Assembly (NCBI RefSeq): GCF_902459465.1
Contig: NC_047075.1
Location: 4,464,001-4,528,000 of the forward strand
Length of the DNA: 64,000 nt
Origin: Asterias rubens
Taxonomy: Eukaryota
Reading direction: 5' to 3'
Shown here piece by piece: positions 36,901 to 51,900 of the stretch. The translations under genes and the position numbers were made by a program. How positions within the stretch are numbered: position 1 is the stretch's first letter; each line of letters begins with the position of its first letter. Below the pieces are notes generated by a model. The model saw only the letters and a list, made by a program, of their open reading frames with translations. It was not told the DNA's origin and searched no databases.

Positions 36901-39900
36901 AAACAACAAGTCAGACAAACAAACAGACTTACCAGGGTCACCAGCGAGCGTTTCATTTGTAAGGTTATACATGAGTATAATCTCAGGCTCCCATACATGG
37001 ACCGTAGCCTCCTGCACCAGATCCTTGCCGTTAGAGTACGACAACAGTCAGACAAACAAACAGTCAGACAAACAAACAGTCAGACAAACAAACAGTCAGA
37101 CAAACAAACAGACTTACCAGGGTCACCAGCGAGCGTTTCATTTGTTAGGTTATACATCAGTATAATCTCAAGCTCCCATACATGGACCGTAGCCTCCTGC
37201 ACCAGATCCTTGCCGTTAGAGTACGACAACAGTCAGACAAACAAACAGTCAGACAAACAAACAGTCAGACAAACAAACAGACTTACCAGGGTCACCAACG
37301 AGCGTTTCATTTGTCAGGTTATACATGAGTATCATCTCAGGCTCCCATACATGGACCGTAGCCTCCTGCACCAGATCCTTGCCGTTAGAGTACAATAACA
37401 GTCAGACAAACAAACAGTCAGACAAACAAACAGACTAACCGGGGTCACCAGCGAGCGTTTCATTTGTAAGGTTATACATGAGTATAATCTCAGGCTCCCA
37501 CACATGGACTGTAGCCTCCTGCACCAGATCTTTACCGTAAGAGTACGACAACAGTCAGACAAACAAACAGTCAGACAAACACACAGTCACACAAACAAAC
37601 AGTCAGACAAATAAACAGACTTACCAGGGTCACCAGCGAGCGTTTCATTTGTCAGGTTATACATCAGTATCATCTCAGGCTCCCATACATGGACCGTAGC
37701 CTCCTGCACCAGATCCTTGCCGTTAGAGTACAACAACAGTCAGACAAACAAACAGTCAGACAAACAAACAAACAAACTTACCAGGGTCACCAGCCAGCGT
37801 TTCATTTGTTAGGTTATACATCAGTATCATCTCAGGCTCCCATACATGGACCGTAGCCTCCTGCACCAGATCCTTGCCGTTAGAGTACAACAACAGTCAG
37901 ACAAACAACCAGTCAGACAAACAAACAGACTTACCAGGGTCACCAGCGAGCGTTTCATTTGTCAGGTTATACATGAGTATCATCTCAGGCTCCCACACAT
38001 GGACTGTAGCCTCCTGCACCAGATCTTTACCGTTAGAGTACAACAACAGTCAGACAAACAAACAGTCAGACAAACACACAGTCAGACAAACAACAAGTCA
38101 GACAAACAAACAGACTTACCAGGGTCACCAGCGAGCGTTTCATTTGTCAGGTTATACATGAGTATCATCTCAGGCTCCCATACATGGACCGTAGCCTCCT
38201 GCACCAGATCCTTGCCGTTAGAGTACAACAACAGTCAGACAAACAACAAGTCAGACAAACAAACAGACTTACCAGGGTCACCAGCCAGCGTTTCATTTGT
38301 CAGGTTATACATGAGTATCATCTCAGGCTCCCACACATGGACCGTAGCCTCCTGCACCAGATCTTTACCGTTAGAGTACGACACCGTCGTGGTCAGAGTG
38401 TGCTCTTTGTCCCTAGAAACGAGGTCCGTTGTGTTCTCCAAGACCGCATTGAACTCTAGAATCAGATTGTCTCCTGTGTAAATTAATCAAAACATTGTCA
38501 AGTAAATTAACTTGGATGTTATACTAATAATAAAAATAATAACTGTTTATTGGTAAAGCGCCAAATTGCCAAAGGATACAAGGTGCTGAAGAAAGAAGGA
38601 AAACAAGACAGAACACGGACAATGACGACCAGCTAAGAAGAGGGAAAGGGAGGGTGTTGAGAGCACCTTTGAAGGCTTGGACACTGTTGAAGTTTCTGGT
38701 TAGGGTAGGTACAGAATTCCATAATCAGGGCGCAGCAATAGACTAGGCCCTGTCACCTGCAAGTTTGTGTGTTTTATGGACTGCGAGGGATTTACCCGTA
38801 GAAGATAGCGATCTAAGTCTCTGTACTTTGTAAACAAATGTAACCCAAATGTAACCCAGAACTTCTCCCAAGGTTTCTCAGACACCTAATTTCTATAAAC
38901 GGCGGATAACAACCTTCTCATCCCCAAGGACTGTACTTGGGGCCCCATTTCATAGAGCTGCGTAAGCACAAAAAGCACAAAAAGTAGCTAAGAACAACCA
39001 AATTATGCTTATACATTGTAAATACCAGAATAAGATTACAAGCCAAAAATAGTCGCCACTACTGGTGTAACCAATTGTGTCGCTCACGACTATTCAAGAC
39101 AACATATTTTACTTACAAATCACAATCAGACAACAGTGACACAATCCTTCAATCCTTCAGCTTGAATTTTACTTTATTGCGCCTGCAGCAAACATTACCA
39201 CAATGCATCTTGAGAATGAAAAATAAGTCGCGACTAGCATCGTAGTCATGACTATTTGAGGTGTGACTAGTTGAGTAGTAATTTTCACAAGTCGCGTAAT
39301 ATTGATTGATTTTTACCTGCACTGTCCAGCTTGTTGTCTGCGAGATTCTCCACCATTCCAAAGTCAAGATCAACGACCGTCCTCGCAGGTATGTCCCAAT
39401 CATCTGTAGATGTGATAGTACAGAGGTTTGGGTTGAGTAACATAGAATAACTTCATTTGTAGTAAGCTTGGGGGATACCACATTATTATCGAATATCGTG
39501 ATACTAATTTGGAAACGATTTCGATATCAGATGGATTTGGTTTTAATCGAAATATCGATATATATCGCGATATCGATTAAGTATCGCAATATCGCGATGT
39601 TTTTCCTAGCTGAGACATCTTGCACCCCATAGGTTTTGAGTAAAACCAGAAGAATAGGTCATTAGAACACCTCTCTTATGCTATGATTGTCTCTTCCACA
39701 ACTTTCACTAGGAGTTTGAAGACTGATGATGTCAAATTTAATTAGATGCGATTATATCGAATATCGCAATAAATTGTCGGCGATATATCGTGAATAAAAT
39801 AAATCGATATCGCCCAAGCTTAACTTGTAGCGGAAGTATTTAAAGAAACATTACATTACAGAATTGATTTTTGCTTACAAACGTTTGCTGGGAGTGTAAG

Positions 39901-42900
39901 CACTTTATGTAATCTACCATACATATGTACATGTAAGCTGACAAACCTTTAGAAGTTTGAGATCGATCGACCAGCTTGGTCATGAGAAACTAGTGAAAAA
40001 CTTGTAACAGATTTTGCATAGACATCGATTAAAAAAAGAGATTAATAAATTGGTCACTAAGCGGTAAACCAAATGGGAAATTAGTTCTTTTATTTATTTA
40101 TTTCTCATCAAATATAATAATAGTAATGATATTGAGTTTTTAAATAGCGCTTTTTCACTCCCTACGGGTGTCTCAAAGCGCTTCAAGATATTACCCCTGG
40201 TCACTGGGCCTTAATTCACTCTTTAAACCATCTCAGCTCCCTAGCGAGTATCAAGCCTCGTGCAACAAATGCGCTACTCGGCTAAATCAATCACAAGAAC
40301 CATCTCTGCCCTCACAGGTACCCATTTACCCCTGGGTGGAGAGAAGCAATAATAGTTAAGTGTCTTGCTCAGGGACACAAGTGTCACGACCGGGATTCGA
40401 ACTCACACTCTGCTGAACAGAATCAGCAGAGCTTGAATTCGGAGCTCTTAACGGCTCGGCCACAACACCCCACTGAATATGAAATTTCAGACAGAAATAG
40501 TTCAAGGGATGTTTTCTTCTCATGTCTTTGTGCACAAAACTAGGCACAGGTACACCGCAGCAGTGTCGCACGATGCCCAGCACTTGCGCGCCCGGATTGT
40601 TGTGTAGAATAAATTTTTTATGACTTACCAACATGGTTGTTTGTTGTCTCTACTGCAATAGTGCCCTGGTCCTCTAAGGTCAGTCTGGTACCCTGATATA
40701 TCACATGTGCATAGTACACAGCCAGAACCTGGGCTGGCATCTTCAGTCTTATATCCAGCTGTATGGAGGAAGAATCACAAACAAATGAATGTGTATTCAG
40801 TTTGTTGTAACATCAATGTTCGCAGTGTTTATTCAAGCTCCTGTGGGAGCAGAGATGTTTTTTAATATTGATTAAGCCGAGTAGCGCTTATTAATGTTGC
40901 ACAGGCCGTATTATATATTCCTCAGGTTTTTATATGCTTTTCGGTCCTTGAAGTTGCTAGATAATACATGTAATAATGAAAGAAAAGACACCCTTGTCAC
41001 ACAATGTTTTACACTATCAACATCTCCCTATTACTCGTTACCAGGTAAGGCTCTATGCTAATAACTATTTTGAGTAATTACCAAAAGTGTCCACTGCCTT
41101 TAAAGGGAAGGTACACGTTTGGTCATTACTCAAAACAAATACTAACTTAAAAAATGACTTGGTAACAAGCATTGGAGAGCTGTTAAGTATAAAACATTGT
41201 GAGAAACGACTCCCTCTGAAGTAATGTAGTTTTTGAGAAAGAGGTTATTTCTCACTAAAATAATAAAAGACTTCTAGCTAGAAGTCTTTCATTCCTGTCT
41301 GAAAGCACACAAATTAGTCATACCGGTGTCTTTTCTTTCCTCATTTTCTCGCAACTTCGATGGCCGATTGAGCCAAATTATTCACAGGTTTGTTATATCG
41401 TGCAAGTGATGGGATACACCAAGTGAGAAGACTGGTCTATGACAATTACGTGTACCTTCCCTTTAAATGGTCTATGTAACTTTTGTAGGACAAAAAACAC
41501 AATGTCCACAGATTTACACTAAACTTACACAGTTTGAAGATAATGATAGTAGAAATCTTCCCTGAAAATACTATGCGCTGAGGTGCGTAGTTTTTGGGAA
41601 ATGAGTAAAACAATGTCATGAAATCATTTACAAACGTATTTTCATGACATTGTTTTTATCATTTCTCAAAAACTACAGCACCTCAGTAAGTAAGATTTGA
41701 AGGGAAGCTTTCCACTATCATTATCTTCAAACCCTGTAAGTTTAAGGTAAATCTATGGACATTTTGAAAAAGTACCCAAATCCTTTAAAGAATGTTGGCG
41801 AACAAACCTTGGTAGTTGTCTCTGAGAATGTAACATTGAGGATGAATGTTGCGTTTGAGCCAACAGGCATGTAGTACATGGTGTCGTTCTGTCCCACTAG
41901 ATCTTTCGGGTAGAGTACATACTGTATGCCCTGGAGGGTAACTGCCGGGCTGTGTCCCGCTAGGTAGGGTAGGATCAGCGCCTCGGTACCCTTCCTGAAA
42001 GGAACACAAAAGGGGAACATTTACGCCCATTATTTCTTTGCCCGCTAGATAAAGTAGGATCAGCGCCTCTGTACCCTTCCTGAAAGGAACACAAAAGGGG
42101 AACATTTACGCCCATTATTTCTTTGCCACTAGATAGGGTAGGATCAGCGCCTCTGTACCCTTCCTGAAAGGAACACAAAAGGGGAACATTTACGCCCATT
42201 ATTTCTTTGCCACTAGATAGGGTAGGATCAGCGCCTCTGTACCCTTCCTGAAAGGAACACAAAAGGGGAACATTTACGCCCATTATTTCTTTGCCCGCTA
42301 GATAGGGTAGGATCAGCGCCTCTGTACCGTTCCTGAAAGGAACACAAAAGGGAACATTTACGCCCATTATTTCTTTGCCACTAGATAGGGTAGGATCAGC
42401 GCCTCTGTACCCTTCCTGAAAGGAACACAAAAGGGGAACATTTACGCCCATTATTTCTTTGCCACCTAGATAGGGTAGGATCAGCGCCTCTGTACCGTTC
42501 CTGAAAGGAACACAAAAGGGAACATTTACGCCCATTATTTCTTTGCCACTAGATAGGGTAGGATCAGCGCCTCTGTACCCTTCCTGAAAGGAACACAAAA
42601 GGGGAACATTTACGCCCATTATTTCTTTGCCACCTAGATAGGGTAGGATCAGCGCCTCTGTACCCTTCCTGAAAGGAACACAAAAGGGGAACATTTACGC
42701 CCATTATTTCTTTGCCCGCTAGATAGGGTAGGATCAGCGCCTCGGTACCCTTCCTGAAAGGAACACAAAAGGGGAACATTTACGCCCATTATTTCTTTGC
42801 CACCTAGATAGGGTAGGATCAGCGCCTCTGTACCCTTCCTGAGAGGAACACAAAAGGGAACATTTACGCCCATTATTTTTTTGCCACTAGATAGGGTAGG

Positions 42901-45900
42901 ATCAGCGCCTCTGTACCCTTCCTGAAAGGAACACAAAAGGGGAACATTTACGCCCATTATTGTATTCACTGCCTGCTTTTTGTTTTTGTTTTGATGTGGT
43001 ATCGTGGCCAAGTGAATAAGGGCACCGAACTCAAGCTCTGGTGTTTCTGTTTAGCTGAGTTTGGGTTTGAGTCCCGATCACGACACTTATTTGTGTCCCT
43101 GAGCAAGACACTTTTGTTTTAATTGCTTCTCTCCACCTAGGGGTAAATGGGTACCTGTGAGGGCAGAAATGGTTCATGTGATTTATTTTAATAGTTTAGT
43201 AGCGCATATTTGTTGCACAGCCTGTATACTCCCCGGGGAGCTGAGATGGTTTAAGGAATGAATTAAATGGCCCAGTGACCAGGTGTAATATTGTTAGAGG
43301 CACTTTAAAACGCCTTTCGGGTGTGTAAAGAGCTATGAAAATCAACTATTAATATTGTTTTAAAGGGTCACAATCACAAAGCTTGGTTATACTGTGACAT
43401 ACCTATAGGACAGCATCACATTACAGATGATCTCTTGATGGGTCAACATGGAGTTATTCCACATCAGGAAGGTCTGGTTCCCCAAGAGATTCACCCCAGG
43501 AGCAAGCATCACCAGGTGAATATGGTATGTCGTCTCCGTTGTGAAGCTCAGGTCCGAGGAGCTATTGGTGGTCATGTTCATATCCGGTTCCAGGAAATCC
43601 ATCTCCAAGGTGCCCGGGATGATCTGAAGATCTGGACAGGAGACGTTCATCCAGATGTCGTTCACGTCAAAGTCCAAAGTGTGAGAGAGGTCAAAGGTGA
43701 AGAGGACAAGGTCGGCAGAATCTGGGGACAGGGTGCGGTCAGATGCAGGTATGAGTGGAACAAACGGTTGGTCTGTGATCATCACTTTGGGAGAGCTGCC
43801 ACTGGAGAAGGCATTCCTGGTGAACTTGTAAACCGCCTTGGCTTTGAGTTCCAGCTGCTGACCAGGAAGGACCTCGGTCAGCACCCGGGAGTAGAACCAC
43901 ATCATGATCATGTCAGCACCAGAATTACGCTGATCCATGACGTTGATGAAGGGTTCAATTTGGAAAACTAGCTCGTCGATGATCCCAGAGCCCTCCTCGG
44001 AAGATGCAAAGTGGGCAACAATACCGGGAAACCTCTTCTCTGTCATCACCTCCTGTGTAGTGTCCATGGTGACAAAATGACCCGCCCCATCGTGAGTCTC
44101 ATTAAACATGGATCCGCTCGTCGTTGCCACCAAGTTCGCCCCAATCGACCACCACGGAGTTACGTTGAGGAAAGCCATGGGAATTATGCCCTCGATGGCG
44201 GGGAAGGAGATCGTAACCTCAATCCCATGATTTATAGCTTCGGGATGTCTGATTATGAGCCTGTAGAAGAACTGCTCATGCTTCAGAGCAAAGTTGACCT
44301 CTGAGAAGGAGGCAGTCGGTTGGAGGTGGAGGCTTGGTCTCCTTACCGTGTAGTCCAAGGAAGCTGCAAGTAAAATGACAGACATGTATGGGTTTGAGGC
44401 ATTGCAAGATGAGGTATCAATGGGCGTAAAGCCGTTGGGACGTAAAGCCGTTGGTCCCATATGTTGTGTAATGCATGTAAAAGAACCCAGTGCACTTATC
44501 GAAAAGAGTAGGGGTTCGCCCCGGTGTTCCTGGTTGTGGCTGCTTAATGCGCCGTAGCACCTTGTAAACCCTTATAAGGTGCTTAATAATTGGGTCTCAG
44601 AATTCATCACTGCAATAAGCTATCTTTCTGAAAGTTTGTATATACTCAGCGCCTTGAGTACCTTGTTTGGTAGATACGTGCGCTATATAAGACTTCGATA
44701 TATATATATATATATATGTCTACATTGTGGCAAGGCTCAAATTTTACAGTGGACCCTATACATATAAGCCTGAGGCCAGTAGTTCTAGTGATGGGGCCTG
44801 TAAACTCATGACTGGACAAGTTCAGCAGTCTTGTGTTTTTCAATGTAATAAAATACAAACATAATATATATTATATTTGTTTTATTACACTTCATACATA
44901 ATTCAGTAGTTTGGAGCAAGGGAAACTTACGACTGTGAAAGTGAACCATGATAAGTAGAATAGCGCCCGTGGATGACGTCGCACAATGTAATGCGCATGA
45001 CAAGTAGAATAGCTCATGGGGAGCTATACTTGTCATGCGCACTTACCACTTGCGTGAATACTCACGTGCGTGCTTTTAGCTAAATTAACACCTGGCATGT
45101 GATGATGAATGGACCAATGAAAACTCGACTCGGTCATGAATATGAATGAGGTATAGTAGCATAAACTATAATACACCTCTAGCTACCGGGTAATCTTGGT
45201 CATCTAGCATGTCTAGTTAGAATGACATTGACCTAGAATTTCAAAGGTTGTGTGTTCGAATCCTACCCGAGTAATATGCCTGTGATATTTTTTTTCACAG
45301 AACTAACACACATCAGTGTATATGGGTAAAACCAAATTGAATAATAATCATAATCAAAATGAGAATACTAGCATTGCCCGCATCGGAAGTGTCGTGGCTG
45401 AGTGGTTAAAAGCACCGAATTAAAACTCTGGTGTTTCTGATCAGCAGGGTGTGGGTTCAAATCCCCAGCCGTGACACTTGTGCCCTTTTAAAAGCAAGCC
45501 ACTTAACCGTTGCTTCGTCCTTCAGATGGGACGTGAAGGCATTGGTCCCATGTGTTGTGTAACGCTTGTAAAAGAACCAAGTGCAGTTGAAAAGAGAAGG
45601 GGTCCGCCCCGGTGTTCCTGGCTGTGGCTGCTAAATGCGCCGTAGCACCTTGTAAACCCTTTCAAGGTGCTACATAATTGGGTCTCAGAATTCATAACTT
45701 TCAATTACCTCTCTTTCTGTATAAATGTATATACTAATGTTAGATACGTGCGCTATTTAAGACTTTGATAATATTATTATTATATTATTAAATCTTTACC
45801 GTTAAGTGATGTTATCTGCTCTTCTACAGGTCGAGTTTGTTGAATGATTGTAGTTGCAAGGACTGGTGAGAAAATCTGATTCACATCTATAAAGTTAGGC

Positions 45901-48900
45901 AGCTCACCTGCAAATAATGAAATAAATACAAGTAGGATTTGAAACTTTGCATGGTGGAAACACGATTAAGAGTTTGCGGTAACACCATGTAATGATAATC
46001 TCTAAATGAGTTGGGGTGGTTCTTAAAGCCATTAGACACTTTCGGTACAGAAAGAAGGAAAAAAAGGTCACAGATTTACAAATAATTTACAGGGTTTACA
46101 GAAGGTAATGGTGAAAGACTTCTCTTGAAATATTATTCCATGAAATGCTTTACTTTTTGAGAAAATATTAAAACAATATCAATTCTCGATAGCAAGAATT
46201 AGGGATTTATTTTAAACACATGTCATGATATGGCGAAACGTGCGGAAACAAGGGGTTTTCCCGTTATTTTCTCCCGACTCTGATGACCGATTGAGCCTAA
46301 ATTTTCACAGGTTTGTTATTAAGTGTGGGCCTTGGACAACCCTGTTTACTGAAAGTGTCCAATGGCTTTAAAAGAAGCGTTGGTTTCAACTTTCGATCAG
46401 TATGCTCTGATCATCTTGAAAAATTAGTGACCATAAAAACATACTTGGCGGCTGTTGATAGTATCAACTATTTTGACAAAAAACTTACACACCTACGATA
46501 ACCACTGTCAGGTTAAAATCTTGCCAGTTTATCGGTTCCGGCGGTGGATAGTAGAAACTAGTAGTGTTGACATTAATGCAATCCTTGGCATGGACGTAGT
46601 CTAAGGTCGTTGGGAGCTCCTTGTAAGGATTGTACGTGGGCTCTGGAGTGGCAGGTACAGGCTTCAGTTTCATAAGCACAGTACGACAGGCTCGATCGAT
46701 GTCCTCACTGATGAATATATCCACCGTGTAAACGGTGCCATTACGATCCTCCTCATAAGCTGGGAGAAATAATAATATAATATATAATATTGAAGTCTTA
46801 TATAGTGCACGTATCTACCAATTAAGGTACTCAAGGTGCTGAGTATTTACAAACTTTCAGAGAGATAGGTTATTGCAGTGATGAATTCTGAGATCCAATT
46901 ATTTAATGGCGCATACAGCAGCCACAGCCAGGACCACCGGGGCTTAAAAATGTTTAAGTGTCTAGCTGTTAAAAGGACACAGGTGTCACGGCTGGGGATT
47001 CGTAACCCACACTCTGCTGATCAGAAACACCAGAGTTTGAATTCGGTGCTCTTTACCGCTCGGCCACGACACTTCCATAACAACACACAGGGTGAGTCAA
47101 AATGAAGCTGACCAAGGTTTATGATTTAAAGACAACACAACAACTGACACTCAAAACCCTAGTGAAGCACATAATAAACAAGCATTCTTTGCTGTTAATC
47201 TGAAAAAAAGGTTGACACAAATTGATCCTTTCGAAGAGAAGTTATGCCTGTTTTACTGACAGCACTCAGGTTTGTAGCTGTCAATGGAATGTTTATAATG
47301 CTTGACAGAATCTAAACATCTGACTTTGTGGGGAAGTGGGTTTAAATCCCGGTCGTGACACTTGTGTCTTTGAGCAAGACACTTAGCCATTGCTTCTCTT
47401 TACCCAGGGGTAAACTGGGTGCCTGTGAGGGCAGAGACGGTTTATGTGAATGGTAAGCTTGGAGCGCGGTAACTCACAGCGCCGGCTGTATACTCTCCAG
47501 GGGGCTGAGATGGTTTAAGGAATGAAATATATGGCCCAGCGACCAGGGGTAATGATGGCAGAAGCGCTTTGATACACCCTTCGGGCTGTGATAAATCGCT
47601 ATATAAAAATTGATTATTATTAATATTAACGACTAGAACTACTCACTCCATATCTCCTCAGTAGACATGTTACAGAACTCCTTGTTGAACGTCGCAAGTA
47701 TCGGGGCTTTCGTCGGTACCGTCCAGTCATACTGAGTGAAAAATAGACCTCTATCATTCACCTGGATGCAGGTTGTGTTGGGCTGGACGGGGCAGAGGAG
47801 CTCATGGGGTTCGTCGGGGAAGGTGGCCATGAGGCGAGAGAGGCACTCATAGGGTTGGACGAAGAAGCATTCAGAGGTTGTGTTGTGTGGGAGACACCGA
47901 GAGATGTTGAAATGGTAGCAGAAGGCAGGATCCCAGTTCTGCTCCTCAGAGGTGTCAAAGAAGACACAGTCTGAAAAGAGAAATAAAACAATTGTTAGCA
48001 TAAAGACTTACTTGGAAATAAGCAATGCAGACCTGTTGATAGTATAAAGCATTAAGAGAAACGGCTCCCTGGACTAGTCCTAAGTTAGGACTAGTCATAA
48101 CTCTTTGTGAAATCGGCCCCAGTTCATTTAAACTTGCATACCTTCATAGCTGGTCTTGTAGCAATTCTGACCAGGTGTCCACCAGCAGTCAGGAAGCCTC
48201 CATGGTTCCGTCAAATTAATCCACAACGGCTCTGAGATGTCAACCTTTATCTGAACCTGGGAAAATAACAACCAAATTCAGCCTGTTATTGGTCGTAGTA
48301 GTACTAGCTAGTAACAGTTACTAGTTATGATAGTAGTAACAGTACTAAGTAAGTTTAGTAATAAGTATTGGTATTTAAAGGCAGTGGACACTATTGGTAA
48401 TTGTCAAAGACTAGCCTTCACAGTTGGTGTATCTCAACATATGCGTAAAATAACAAACCTGTGAAAATTTGAGCTCAATCGGTCATCGAAGTTGCAAGAT
48501 AATAATGAAAGAAAACACACCCTTGTCACACGAATTTGTGTGCGTTTAGATGGTTGACTTCGAGACCTAAAGTTCTAAATCTGAGGTCTCGAAATCATAT
48601 TCATAGAAAATTACTTCTTTCTCGAAAACTATGTCCCTTCAGAGGGAGCCGTTTCTCACAATGTTTTATACCATCAACCTCTCCCCATTACACGTCACCA
48701 AGAAAGGTTTTATGCCAATAAATATTTTGGGTCATTACCAATAGTGTCCACTGCCTTTAACAGTAACTGAGTACTGGCAACCCAATCCAGAACAGACTGG
48801 ACAATGGCCTTAAAACCGACATGATGATGATGAGAAAGTTGGAACGAACCTTTCAGACCAAACCAAAATTCTACCAGCAGACAATTGTAGGGTGTCGTGG

Positions 48901-51900
48901 CCAGGTACCCATTTACCCCTGAGTGGAGAGAAGCAATTATAGGGTGCGTTTGTTTAGCTTCCCTGGGTCGACCCCGGTGTGTGGCGTTTTTTTTTCCCAG
49001 GACAAGTGTGTGCAGATAATTACCCACGTTCGTCCTGGTAAAAAAAACGCCACGCACCGGGGTCGACCAAGGGGAGCTAAACGAACGCACCCATTGTAAA
49101 GTGTCTTGCTCAGGGACACAAGTGCCATGACCAGGATTCGAACCCACACTCTGCTGAACAGAAACCACGAGCTTGAGTTTGGTAATCTTGTCCGCTCGGC
49201 CACGACACCCCATTAGAAAGCAATAATGGTTCTTTACCGTGCTTTGGTCTTGAATCCAGTTGACAAACATTGGGTTTATTCTAGTCTCATTCATCTCAAA
49301 GGAGTAGCTGGAGAGACTGATGTTGACTGAGCTCTCATCGAAGGCCAAATACGGGAAATCAACCTGAGAATCACAATTAGAAAAGTTAGTACCACTATCA
49401 TAAAAATACAGACATTTTGTTTCCATTGGCTCATAAAAATAATAATAGTGGCTTCTTTTATAGTGCTTTCCTGTCACTCAGTGACTACAGTATTTCCTGC
49501 AAGGTACACAAAAGTACTTGTTATACCTGGGTAACAAATATTGTTAACCGGTGTACATTAGTTTGATCGTTTCCAGCGTTGGTCGGTTTCTAGTGCTCAG
49601 TACGAAAAGGCAGTGGATTCAAGGGAACAGTGAAGAGTTGTTTCTTACTTGAGCAACTGTTCGTCTGCTTATTAAACTATGCATACTCGCCGAAAAATAA
49701 TATTCGAAGATGACAACAGAACTTTGAGATAGGAATAATCATATTACCAAGGTATACTAAAACAATTGTTGCACGCTGTGATAGGTGTCCGTGGGTTTTA
49801 TACACACTCGGGGAAAATTGGCACCCTCGGGCATGACGAGTGTACAATACGCCATGGACCCCATCACAGCGCGCAACAATTGAATAATGTAAGTGGGACC
49901 TTGTTCCTTTATAGCACCTTTGTTTACAGCTCTCCGTTGCTTGTTACCAAGTAAGTTATTATACTAACAAATATTTTGAGTAATTACCAATATGTTTTGT
50001 GCCTTTAAAGCCATTTGACACACTGGGTACAGAAAGAAAATTAAAAGTTCACAGATTTACAAATAACTTGCAGGGTTTACAGAAGGTAATGGTGAAAGAC
50101 TTCCCTTGAAATATTATTCTATGAAATGCTTAACTTTAAAAACAAAAATTTAAACAATATCAATTCATTTTAAACACATGTCATGGCACGGCGCAACGTT
50201 CTGAGACAAGGGTGGGTTTTCCCATTATTTTCTCCCGGCTACGATGACCAATTGAGCCTAAATTTTCACAGGTTTGTTATTTTATATATAAGTTGTGATA
50301 CACGAAGTGTGGGCCTTGGACAACACTGTTTACCGAAAGTGTCCAATGGTTTTAAATATGTCTATGTCCTCATACGATGTACTGTAGAGTAAAAATCAGA
50401 CAGGTACCTTGAATGTTACATTGATGGCTGTGTGCTCTGGTTTTACAGTATGTGTCAGGTGCCAATTGTACATCAACACACTACCTCCATCGATGAGATG
50501 GGGAACAGTGTCACCACTAATCCAGAAATCCACCTGTAATGTCAATCAAATATTATACAAATAATGAATGTTAACGAGTAAAATGGTGTGAATACTTTCG
50601 TGAGTTGAAAGACCGAATGTTCTTTTCAACGAGGCGGAGCTGAGCTGAATGGAACATACCATCTTTTACTGAATGAAAGTATTCCACGAGCCTCGAAGTG
50701 TGACGTCAGCTGTTGAGGCTATGGAAGACTTTGGAACTCTAGGTGGCAGCAGACTTACAAAATTCCATGTTTACGTAATGCTGACCATGCGCATTTTCCC
50801 AGAGAATAGAGGATTTACCCGGTACGTCTGCTGCTCCATAGCGTTCCAAAGTCTCCCAATGAGGTCTATGGTCACTAGGCCTGGGCGACTAGTGTCGAAG
50901 TGGCGACTTTTAAATTCTTAATTAAAGACAGTGGACACTATTGGTAATTGTCAAAGACAAGTCTACAGACAGTTGGTGTACCTCAACATATGCACAAAAT
51001 AACAAACCTGTGAAAATTTGAGCTCAATCGGTCGTCGAAGTTGCGAGATAATAATGAAAGAAAAAACAACCATGTCACACGAAGTTGTGCGCTTTCTGAT
51101 GCTTGATTTTGAGACTTCAAATTCTAAACTTGAGGTCTCGAAATCAAATTCGTGGAAAATTACTTCTTTCTCGAAAACTACGTCACTTCAGAGGGAGCTG
51201 TTTCTCACAATGTTTTATACTATCAACCTCTCCCCATTACTCGTAATCAAGAAAGGTTTTATGATGATAATTATTTTGAGTAATTACCAATAGTGTCCAC
51301 TGCCTTTAAGTCACGACTACCGTTTTTCATCTACTCAGTTAATCATGCCGCCACGAGGACAACTAGAAAAAATAGTCGCGACTACTACAAAAATAGTCTC
51401 AACTACCTAATGGTCAACAAATTGTGTCCCTCACGAAAACACAATCAGACAACAGTTACACAATCCTTCAGTGTGAGTTTTACTTTTTTGCGCCTGCGAC
51501 AAACATTGCCACGATGCATCTTGAGAATTAAAAATCAGTCGCGACTAGTGTCGTAGTCGCTACTATTTGAGGCCCAACTAGTCGAGTAGTAACCGTCACT
51601 AGTCACCTAGGCCTAATTATCAGTGTATTCACCACAGGAATAGGAGCAAGGTCACTGGAGTCATCTGTAGTCTCTTCTGCAGCCATCAAGCGTCTTGAGG
51701 TGAACCGAGGGCCATTATTATCCACCTCATGCTTATCTGTGCAAAATAAGATTCACGTTTAAACGGAACACGTTGCCTTCGATCGGTTGAGTTGGTCTTT
51801 GAAAAGCGTTTGTAATCGTTTGTTGTAAAATGCATGGTCGAAAGATTGCATGGTTTTCCTTTTACCTTGTTGACTAACACGGTCGACCATTTATGGGAGT

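Noticed and set aside
36510-38481. Plus-strand ORFs such as PGSPASVSFVRLY repeats
   Set aside because: Antisense translations of the duplicated exon tail and microsatellite.
41785-43011. ORFs of 71-239 aa in the 84-85-bp array
   Set aside because: Repeat read-through; only 41994-41808 fits the exon chain.
44364-44460. N-terminal extension MGPTALRPNG of the 357-aa ORF
   Set aside because: Derived from SINE and intron sequence upstream of the acceptor at 44364.
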